From Macrostomum lignano (taxonomy: Eukaryota), in the NCBI GenBank assembly GCA_002269645.1, contig NIVC01001540.1, positions 20,172 to 84,171 of the forward strand: a stretch of 64,000 nt of DNA, in the 5' to 3' direction. Below, piece after piece: positions 25,197-37,100 of this stretch (the stretch's first letter is position 1; each line of letters begins with the position of its first letter). The position numbers and the translations under genes were made by a program. The notes under the pieces are model-generated. The model was not told the origin of the DNA, did not search any database, and saw nothing but the letters and a program-made list of their open reading frames with translations.

Positions 25197-28100
25197 ATGA
25201 GTCGTGAGTCTCCTGTTAATATAATAGTATTAGAAAATTTGTCACTGATTGCAACTTGAAACTTTGCCAAAAAACCATGCCAACCACCCCCCCCCCTCAG
25301 CCAATTTTGTAACTGCTTTTGCTGTCGTTCTGTGCTTGCTGGGTTCGGCGACCGCCTACAGGCAGCTCATGCGGACTGGCAAGTGTGAGTATCCCGATTC
25401 TCCCTAAATCCCGATTCTCCCTAAATCCCGATTCTCCCTAAATCCTGATCCCTCCCTAAATCCCGATTGTTCCTAAATCCCGATTCTCCCTAAATCCCGA
25501 TTCTCCCTAAATCCCGATTCTCCCTAAATCCTGATCCCTCCCTAAATCCCGATTGTTCCTAAATCCCGATTCTCCCTAAATCCCGATTCTCCCTACATTC
25601 CGATTCTCCCTAAATCCTGATCCCTCCCTAAATCCCGATTGTTCCTAAATCCCGATTCTCTCTAAATCCCGATTCTCCCTACATCCCGATTCTCCCTAAA
25701 TCCCGATTCTCTCTAAATCCCGATTCTCCCTAAATCCCGATTCTCCCTAAATCCTGATCCCTCCCTAAATCCCGATTCTCCCTAAATTCCGATTCTCTCT
25801 AAATCCCGATTCTCCCTACATCCCGATTCTCCCTAAATCCCGATTCTCTCTAAATCCCGATTCTCTCTAAATCCCGATTCTCTCTAAATCCCGATTCTCC
25901 CTAAATCCCGATTCTCCCTAAATCCCGATTCTCCCTAAATCCCGATTCTCCCTACATCCCGATTCTCTCTAAATCCCGATTCTCTCTAAATCCCGATTCT
26001 CTCTAAATCCCGATTCTCCCTAAATCCCGATTCTCCCTACATCCCGATTCTCCCTAAATCCCGATTCTCTCTAAATCCCGATTCTCTCTAAATCCCGATT
26101 CTCCCTAAATCCCGATTCTCTCTAAATCCCGATTCTCTCTAAATCCCGATTCTCTCTAAATCCCGATTCTCCCTAAATCCCGATTCTCCCTAAATCCCGA
26201 TTCTCTCTAAATCCCGATTCTCCCTAAATCCCGATTCTCTCTAAATCCCGATTCTCCCTACATCCCGATTCTCTCTAAATCCCGATTCTCCCTACATCCC
26301 GATTCTCCCTAAATCCCGATTCTCTCTAAATCCCGATTCTCCCTAAATCCCGATTCTCCCTAAATCCCGATTCTCCCTAAATCCCGATTCTCCCTAAATC
26401 CCGATTCTCCCTAAATCCCGATTCTCCCTAAATCCCGATTCTCCCTAAATCCTGATCCCTCCCTAAATCCCGATTCTCCCTAAATCCCGATTCTCTCTAA
26501 ATCCCGATTCTCCCTACATCCCGATTCTCCCTAAATCCCGATTCTCCCTAAATCCCGATTCTCTCTAAATCCCGATTCTCCCTAAATCCCGATTCTCCCT
26601 AAATCCCGATTCTCCCTAAATCCCGATTCTCCCTAAATCCTGATCCCTCCCTAAATCCCGATTGTTCCTAAATCCCGATTCTCCCTAAATCCCGATTCTC
26701 TCTAAATCCCGATTCTCCATAAATCCCGATTCTCTCTAAATCCCGATTCTCCCTAAATCCCGATTCTCCATAAATCCCGATTCTCTCTAAATCCCGATTC
26801 TCCCTAAATCCCGATTCTCCCTAAATCCCGATTCTCCCTACATCCCGATTCTCTCTAAATCCCGATTCTCCCTAAATCCCGATTCTCTCTAAATCCCGAT
26901 TCTCCCTAAATCCCGATTCTCTCTAAATCCCGATTCTCCCTAAATCCCGATTCTCCCTAAATCCCGATTCTCTCTAAATCCCGATTCTCCCTAAATCCCG
27001 ATTCTCTCTAAATCCCGATTCTCCCTACATCCCGATTCTCTCTAAATCCCGATTCTCCCTACATCCCGATTCTCCCTAAATCCCGATTCTCTCTAAATCC
27101 CGATTCTCCCTAAATCCCGATTCTCCCTAAATCCTGATCCCTCCCTAAATCCCGATTCTCCCTAAATCCCGATTCTCCCTACATCCCGATTCTCCCTAAA
27201 TCCCGATTCTCTCTAAATCCCGATTCTCTCTAAATCCCGATTCTCTCTAAATCCCGATTCTCCCTAAATCCCGATTCTCCCTAAATCCCGATTCTCCCTA
27301 AATCCCGATTCTCCCTAAATCCTGATCCTCCCTAAATCCCGATTGTTCCTAAATCCCGATTCTCCCTAAATCCCGATTCTCTCTAAATCCCGATTCTCCA
27401 TAAATCCCGATTCTCTCTAAATCCCGATTCTCCCTAAATCCCGATTCTCCATAAATCCCGATTCTCTCTAAATCCCGATTCTCCCTAAATCCCGATTCTC
27501 CCTAAATCCCGATTCTCCCTACATCCCGATTCTCTCTAAATCCCGATTCTCCCTAAATCCCGATTCTCTCTAAATCCCGATTCTCCCTAAATCCCGATTC
27601 TCACAAAATCCTGATCCCTCCCTAAATCCCGATTCTCCCTAAATCCCGATCCTCCCTACATCCCGGATTCTCCCTAAATCCCAATTCTCCCTAAATCCCG
27701 ATTCTCCCTAAATCCCGATTCTCTCTAAATCCCGATTCTCCCTAAATCCCGATTCTCACAAAATCCTGATCCCTCCCTAAATCCCGATTCTCCCTAAATC
27801 CCGATTCTCCCTAAATCCCGATTCTCTCTAAATCCCGATTCTCCCTAAATCCCGATTCTCCCTAAATCCCGATTCTCCCTAAATCCCGATTCTCCCTAAA
27901 TCCTGATCCCTCCCTAAATCCCGATTGTTCCTAAATCCCGTATGTCCCTAAATCCCGATTCTCTCTAAATCCCGATTCTCCCTAAATCCCAATTCTTCCT
28001 AAATCCAAATTCTTCCTAAATCCCGATTCTCCCTAAATCCCATTCTTCCTAAATCCAAATTCTTCCTAAATCCCGATTCTCCCTAAATCCCGATTCTCCC

Positions 28101-31100
28101 TAAATCCCGATTCTCCCTAAATCCTGATCCCTCCCTAAATCCCGATTGTTCCTAAATCCCGATTCTCCCTAAATCCCGATTCTCTCTAAATCCCGATTCT
28201 CTCTAAATCCCGATTGTTCCTAAATCCCGATTCTCCCTAAATCCCGATTCTCTCTAAATCCCGATTCTCCATAAATCCCGATTCTCTCTAAATCCCGATT
28301 CTCCCTAAATCCCGATTCTCCATAAATCCCGATTCTCCCTAAATCCCGATTCTCCCTAAATCCCGATTCTCCCTACATCCCGATTCTCTCTAAATCCCGA
28401 TTCTCCCTAAATCCCGATTCTCTCTAAATCCCGATTCTCCCTAAATCCCGATTCTCTCTAAATCCCGATTCTCCCTAAATCCCGATTCTCCCTAAATCCC
28501 GATTCTCTCTAAATCCCGATTCTCCCTAAATCCCGATTCTCCCTAAATCCCGATTCTCTCTAAATCCCGATTCTCTCTAAATCCCGATTCTCTCTAAATC
28601 CCGATTCTCCCTACATCCCGATTCTCCCTAAATCCCGATTCTCTCTAAATACCGATTCTCCCTAAATCCCGATTCTCCCTAAATCCTGATCCCTCCCTAA
28701 ATCCCGATTCTCCCTAAATCCCGATTCTCCCTACATCCCGATTCTCCCTAAATCCCGATTCTCTCTAAATCCCGATTCTCTCTAAATCCCGATTCTCTCT
28801 AAATCCCGATTCTCCCTAAATCCCGATTCTCCCTAAATCCCGATTCTCCCTAAATCCCGATTCTCCCTAAATCCTGATCCCTCCCTAAATCCCGATTGTT
28901 CCTAAATCCCGATTCTCCCTAAATCCCGATTCTCTCTAAATCCCGATTCTCCATAAATCCCGATTCTCTCTAAATCCCGATTCTCCCTAAATCCCGATTC
29001 TCCATAAATCCCGATTCTCTCTAAATCCCGATTCTCCCTAAATCCCGATTCTCCCTAAATCCCGATTCTCCCTACATCCCGATTCTCTCTAAATCCCGAT
29101 TCTCCCTAAATCCCGATTCTCTCTAAATCCCGATTCTCCCTAAATCCCGATTCTCACAAAATCCTGATCCCTCCCTAAATCCCGATTCTCCCTAAATCCC
29201 GATCCTCCCTACATCCCGGATTCTCCCTAAATCCCAATTCTCCCTAAATCCCGATTCTCCCTAAATCCCGATTCTCCCTACATCCCGATTCTCTCTAAAT
29301 CCCGATTCTCCCTAAATCCCGATTCTCTCTAAATCCCGATTCTCCCTAAATCCCGATTCTCACAAAATCCTGATCCCTCTAAATCCCGATTCTCCCTAAA
29401 TCCCGATTCTCCCTAAATCCCGATTCTCTCTAAATCCCGATTCTCCCTAAATCCCGATTCTCCCTAAATCCCGATTCTCCCTAAATCCCGATTCTCCCTA
29501 AATCCCATTCTCCTAAATCCAAATTCTTCCTAAATCCCGATTCTCCTAAATCCCGATTCTTCCTAAATCCCAATTCTTCCTAAATCCCGATTCTTCCTAA
29601 ATCCCGATTCTCCCTAAATCCCGATTCTCCTAAATCCTGATTCTCCTAAATCCCGATTCTTCCTAAATCCCGATTCTCCCTAAATCCCGATTCTCCCTAA
29701 ATCCCGATTCTCTCTAAATCCCGATTGTTCCTAAATCCCGATTCTCCCTAAATCCCGATTCTCTCTAAATCCCGATTCTCCTAAATCCCGATTCTCTCTA
29801 AATCCCGATTCTCCCTAAATCCCGATTCTCTAAATCCCGATTCTCCCTAAATCCCGATTCTCCTAAATCCCGATTCTCCCTAAATCCCGATTCTCTCTAA
29901 ATCCCGATTCTCCCTAAATCCCGATTCTCTCTAAATCCCGATTCTCCCTAAATCCCGATTCTCTCTAAATCCCGATTCTCCCTAAATCCCGATTCTCCCT
30001 AAATCCCGATTCTCCCTAAATCCCGATTCTCCCTAAATCCCGATTCTCCCTAAATCCCGATTCTCCCTAAATCCCGATTCTCTCTAAATCCCGATTCTCC
30101 TAAATCCCGATTCTCCCTAAATCCCGATTCTCTCTAAATCCCGATTCTCTCTAAATCCCGATTCTCCTAAATCCCGATTCTCCCTAAATCCCGATTCTCC
30201 CTAAATCCCGATTCTCCCTAAATCCCGATTCTCCCTAAATCCCGATTCTCCCTAAATCCCGATTCTCTCTAAATCCCGATTCTCTCTAAATCCCGATTCT
30301 CTCTAAATCCCGATTCTCCCTAAATCCCGATTCTCCTAAATCCCGATTCTCCCTAAATCCCGATTCTCCCTAAATCCCGATCTCCCTAAATCCCGATTCT
30401 TCCTAAATCCCGATTCTCCCTAAATCCCGATTCTCTCTAAATCCCGATTCTCCCTAAATCCCGATTCTCTCTAAATCCCGATTCTCCCTAAATCCCGATT
30501 CTCCATAAATCCCGATTCTCTCTAAATCCCGATTCTCCCTAAATCCCGATTCTCCCTAAATCCCGATTCTCCCTAAATCCCGATTCTCTCTAAATCCCGA
30601 TTCTCCCTAAATCCCGATTCTCCCTAAATCCCGATTCTCCCTAAATCCCGATTCTCACAAAATCCTGATCCCTCCCTAAATCCCGATTCTCCCTAAATCC
30701 CGATTCTCCCTAAATCCCGATTCTCCCTAAATCCCATTCTCCCTAAATCCCGATTCTCCCTAAATCCCGATTCTCCCTAAATCCCGATTCTCCCTAAATC
30801 CCGATTCTCACAAATCCCGATTCTCCCTAAATCCCGATTCTCCCTAAATCCCGATTCTCCCTAAATCCCGATTCTCTCTAAATCCCGATTCTCCCTAAAT
30901 CCCGATTCTCTCTAAATCCCGATTCTCCCTAAATCCCGATTCTCCATAAATCCCGATTCTCTCTAAATCCCGATTCTCCCTAAATCCCGATTCTCCCTAA
31001 ATCCCGATTCTCCCTAAATCCCGATTCTCTCTAAATCCCGATTCTCCCTAAATCCCGATTCTCTCTAAATCCCGATTCTCCCTAAATCCCGATTCTCACA

Positions 31101-34100
31101 AAATCCTGATCCCTCCCTAAATCCCGATTCTCCCTAAATCCCGATCCTCCCTAATCCCGATTCTCCCTAAATCCCATTCTCCCTAAATCCCGATTCTCCC
31201 TAAATCCCGATTCTCTCTAAATCCCGATTCTCCCTAAATCCCGATTCTCACAAAATCCTGATCTCCTCTAAATCCCGATTCTCCCTAAATCCCGTATGTC
31301 CCTAAATCCCGATTCTCTCTAAATCCCGATTCTCCCTAAATCCCAATTCTTCCTAAATCCAAATTCTTCCTAAATCCCAATTCTTCCTAAATCCCGATTC
31401 TCCCTAAATCCCATTCTTCCTAAATCCAAATTCTTCCTAAATCCCGATTCTCCCTAAATCCCGATTCTCCCTAAATCCCGATTCTCCCTAAATCCCGATT
31501 CTCCCTAAATCCAGATTCTCCCTAAATCCCGATTCTCCCTAAATCCCAATTCTCCCTACATCCCGATTCTCCCTAAATCCCGATTCTCCCTAAATCCCGA
31601 TTCTCCCTCAATCCCGATTCTCCCTACATCCCGATTCTCCCTAAATCCCGATTCTCCCTAAATCCTGATCCCTCCCTAAATCCCGATTGTTCCTAAATCC
31701 CGATTCTCCCTAAATCCCGATTCTCTCTAAATCCCGATTCTCCCTAAATCCCGATTCTCCCTAAATCCCGATTCTCCCTAAATCCCGATTCTCCCTAAAT
31801 CCCGATTCTCCCTAAATCCCGATTCTCCCTAAATCCCGATTCTCCCTAAATCCCGATTCTCCCTAAATCCCGATTCTCCCTAAATCCCGATTCTCCCTAA
31901 ATCCCGATTCTGCCTACATCCCGATTCTCCATAAATCCCGATTCTCTCTCAATCCCGAATGTCCCTAAATCCCGATTCTTCCCGAATCCCAATTCTTCAA
32001 AAATCCCAGTTTTCCCATAAATCTCCCTACCGGATCCCGCAGCCGGCCCCGGTGTTGTTGGCAACGACTGTCCCCGTTCGACTCCGTGGCCCTGCAAGAG
32101 CGGCCAGTGCCTCTCGTTCGCTTTCATCTGCGACGGCCGGGCCGACTGCGTCGACGGCTACGACGAGGACAAGGCGCTGTGCACCGCCAGTGAGCAGCCT
32201 TCGGCGTTGTTGATTACTCAGCATTTGTCTATGGCCAAAAGCCCATCTGAGAAGCTGATAAATCCTTATTGAATGCGTAGCCTTCCGAGTATAGAAAAAT
32301 GGCGAAGGATCTGTTCCAATTGTGGACTTCTAAAAATAGCATCTGGACTTTGTATTAAAGCATTGGCTTGTTGCCAACAACAGCATCTGCAACTGCGACT
32401 TATTGGATGGGGTTGAGTTCCGATATGCTGGTTGGATAAGGGACGCCACCTGTCCAGGAGCTCTTTTTAGAAGTCCTGTGAACTCAGACTTGAAAACAAT
32501 CGTAATGACAGTTTTGGGGATTTCAGAAGACTTAGGAAGGATTCTGGAAGAACTGGGATTCGGCAAGAATTGGGATTCGGGAAGAATCGGGATTCGGGAA
32601 GAATCGGGATTCGGGAAGAATCGGGATTCGGGAAGAATCGAGATTCGGGAAGAATCGGGATTCGGGAAGAATCGGGATTCGGGAAGAATTGGGATTCGGG
32701 AAGAATTGGAATTCGGGAAGAATCGGGATTCGGGAAGAATTGGGATTCAGGAAGAATTGGGATTCAGGAAGAATCGGGATTCGGGAAGAATCGGGATTCG
32801 GGAAGAATTGGGATTCGGGAAGAATCCTGATTCGAGAAGAACTGGGATTCGGAAAGAATTGGGATTCGGGAAGAATCTGGATTCGGGAGACAAACTAATC
32901 GAAAGGAATGGAAATCGGGCATCAGACTTTCCAGTCCAGATGCTATTTTAAAAGTCTTTGCAAGAATGTTAATTTACAGCTGGATACTAGCCATTAGCTG
33001 GACTGGTGAACCCAGAGGTGGTCGGGCTTGGGTAGGGCCCATTTGTTTGCTGGAGTAGGTGGGAATTCTCCCGCTCAGTTTATAGTCAGTCAAACAACTA
33101 ACTCGACTCCATTAGCCTGATTGAGTCCTGCAGGTCAGTTGCGCTGCAAATTTATCTGTTTTATTGGGGGCGGCACCGCCCCGGCCCTCTCTGCTTACTT
33201 TGTCTCAGGGTGAGATAAAGGGGCTTGTTCTTCCACTTTTCAATCTCTCAGGGTGAGATTGTGAGACTTCTAACTTCTCAATTTTCAGAATCTTAAGATT
33301 CAGAATCTTCTACAATTATATTTAATCTCATGGTGAGAGTAGAGATTAACATACAGATTTGCATAGAGATTTATATATAGATTTAAAGAAAGATTGACGT
33401 AGAGATTTGCATAGAGATTTGAATAGACTGACATAGAGATTTGCATAGAGATTGACATAGAGATTTGCATAGAGATTGACATAGAGATTGACATAGAGAT
33501 TTGAATAGACTGACATAGAGATTTGCATAGAGATTGACATGGATATTTTCATAGAGATTGACGTAGAGATTTGCATAGAGATTGACATAGAGATTTGCAT
33601 AGAGATTGACATAGAGATTTGCATAGAGATTGACATAGAGATTTTCATAGAGATTGACATAGAGATTTGCATAGACTGACATAGAGATTTGCATAGACTG
33701 ACATAGAGATTTGCATAGACTGACATAGAGATTTGCATAGACTGACATAGAGATTTGCATAGACTGACATAGAGATTGACATAGAGATTTGCATAGAGAT
33801 TGACATAGAGATTTGCATAGAGATTTGCATAGAGATTGACATAGAGATTTGCATAGAGATTGACATAGAGATTTGCATAGAGATTGACATAGAGACTGAC
33901 ATAGAGATTTGAATAGACTGACATAGAGATTTGCATAGAGATTGACATGGATATTTTCATAGAGATTGACATGGATATTTTCATAGAGATTGACATAAAT
34001 TTTTTCATAGAGATTGACATAGAGATTTGCATAGAGATTGACATAGAGATTTGAATAGAGATTGACATAGAGATTTGCATAGAGATTGACATAGAGATTG

Positions 34101-37100
34101 ACATAGAAATTGACATAGAGATTTGCATAGAGATTGACATAGAGATTTGCATAGAGATTTAAATAGCGATTCACATACAAATTCACATAGATTGACATTT
34201 CCTTCATTCTCAGTCTAAGCGGTCACCGCTTTTAATTATCAGTTTGAGGAGCTGTGACAGCTACAAATTTCGGGGTGTCAAAAACCTGTGACAGCTCCCG
34301 TCACCTGGAGGCGACCGGGTGACAGCCTCTATAAATTTACCTGTCAACTGGAGATTTGTATTTATCAAGTTGTTTTTTTGTAGTCAAGTCAGTCTAATAC
34401 TCTGCAGCAGGAAATAATCACACTGGGAATAAGTGACGCGCTCTGAGGTCCTCTGCAAAAATGTCAATATATTGAAGCTGACAGCAGCCTGCCTTAGTGT
34501 CGCAGGCACTCGAATGGCTTCTGAGCCTCTTCAACTCCATCAAGGGTTGAAGGATTCAAGAGCGAAGCGGAACTGCGCGAGAATTTTCTGAATTTTCTGA
34601 ATTTTCTGAATTTAATAATTTCATTTTGAGATAAAATTGTGTTTGCTCACTGCGTATGAATGTCTTTTGGGATTTGATTTTTCTTTCAAAATCAGTGGAT
34701 TTAATGCGCCTGCCTCCGAGCAAGCAGAAGCTCTCTCACGCTGCTTCATTCTCCATGTTCACGCTGCTTCATTCTCCATGTTCACGCTGCTTCATTCTCC
34801 ATGTTCACGCTCCTTCATTCTTCATGTTCACGCTCCTTCATTCTCCATGTTCACGCTGCTTCATTCTTCATGTTCACGCTGCTTCATTCTTCATGTTCAC
34901 ACTCCTTCATTCTTCATGTTCACGCTGCTTCATTCTTCATGTTCACGCTCCTTCATTCTTCATGTTCACGCTGCTTCATTCTTCATGCTCACATTCCTTC
35001 ATTCTTCATGTTCACGCTCCTTCATTCTTCATGTTCACGCTCCTTCATTCTTCATGTTCACGCTGCTTCATTCTTCATGTTCACGCTGCTTCATTCTTCA
35101 TGTTCACGCTGCTTCATTCTTCATGTTCACGCTGCTTCATTCTTCATGTTCACGCTCCTTCATTCTCCATGTTCACGTTTCTTCATTCTTCATGTTGACG
35201 CTCCTTTATTCTTCATGTTCACGCTCCTTCATTCTCCATGTTCACGTTTCTTCATTCTTCATGTTGACGCTCCTTCATTCTTCATGTTCACGCTCCTTCA
35301 TTCTCCATGTTCACGCTGCTTCATTCTCCATGTTCACGCTGCTTCATTCTCCATGTTCACGCTCCTTCATTCTCCATGTTCACGTTCCTTCATTCTCATG
35401 TTCACGCTGCTTCATTCTTCATGTTCACGCTGCTTCATTCTTCATGTTCACACTCCTTCATTCTTCATGTTCACGTTCCTTCATTCTTCATATTCACGCT
35501 CCTTCATTCTTCATGTTCACACTCCTTCATTCTCCATGTTCACGTTCCTTCATTCTTCATGTTCACGCTCCTTCATTCTTCATGTTCACGCTGCTTCATT
35601 CTTCATGTTCACACTCCTTCATTCTTCATGTTCACGCTGCTTCATTCTTCATGTTCACGCTGCTTCATTCTTCATGTTCACGCTGCTTCATTCTTCATGT
35701 TCACGCTGCTTCATTCTTCATGTTCACGCTGCTTCATTCTTCACACACACGCACACACGCACACACATCCACACACACGCACACACATGAACTCGCAGTC
35801 AAACACATTGCTAGCAGCCCAAAAAAGCCCAGAAAAAAACACCCGGCACAACCGTAGAAAGCACTACCGAAGCCACCATATACGAACACCCGAAAGCATT
35901 AATCACAGCCCGGTCGGGCAAGCAATTCATTGGGCAAATGAAAGGTAAAAATGCACGCGGGACACAATATGGACTCCATTGTGGTGGGCGCGCGGCCGAA
36001 GCCAAACTTTTGGGACAGAAAAAATGCCCCATCTAAAAAGGGAGAAGGCGGAAGCCAGCAGCAGCCCCCTGAGCAGTGCTGTGAGAGCATAAACCTATTT
36101 TTCGGTAGCGTGGGAAAAGTTCATCGGGCTGCTCGGCCTGCGCTGTGGGGGTGAAATTTGTCTTTGTAAGATGAATTCTTATCAGGCTGTTCGGACAAAA
36201 TTTACTATAATAACATATCTGATCAAATATTAAAATCAAACATACTCCCACTAGTTCACTCCCTCTATCAGACACTAGTTCACTCCCTCTATCAGACACT
36301 AGTTCACTCCCTCTGTCAGACACTAGTTCACTCCCTCTATCAGACACTAGTTCACTCCCTCTATCAGACACTAGTTCACTCCCTCTATCAGACACTAGTT
36401 CACTCCCTCTGTCAGACACTAGTTCACTCCCTCTATCAGACACTAGTTCACTCCCTCTATCAGACACTAGTTCACTCCCTCTATCAGACACTAGTTCACT
36501 CCCTCTGTCAAACACTAGTTCACTCCCTCTATCAGACACTAGTTCACTCCCTCTATCAGACACTAGTTCACTCCCTCTATCAGACACTAGTTCACTCCCT
36601 CTGTCAGACACTAGTTCACTCCCTCTATCAGACACTAGTTCACTCCCTCTATCAGACACTAGTTCACTCCCTCTATCAGACACTAGTTCACTCCCTCTAT
36701 CAGACACTAGTTCACTCCCTCTATCAGACACTAGTTCACTCCCTCTATCAGACACTAGTTCACTCCCTTTGTCAGACACTAGTTCACTCCCTCTATCAGA
36801 CACTAGTTCACTCCCTCTATCAGACACTAGTTCACTCCCTCTATCAGACACTAGTTCACTCCCTCTATCAGACACTAGTTCACTCCCTCTATCAGACACT
36901 AGTTCACTCCCTCTATCAGACACTAGTTCACTCCCTCTATCAGACACTAGTTCACACCCTCTATCAGACACTAGTTCACTCCCTCTATCAGACACTAGTT
37001 CACTCCCTCTATCAGACACTAGTTCACTCCGTCTATCAGACACTAGTTCACTCCCTCTGTCAGACACTAGTTCACTCCCTCTATCAGACACTAGTTCACT

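Noticed and set aside
25391-32010. Interstitial telomere array
   Set aside because: TTAGGG occurs only once per 17-bp unit and never in tandem.
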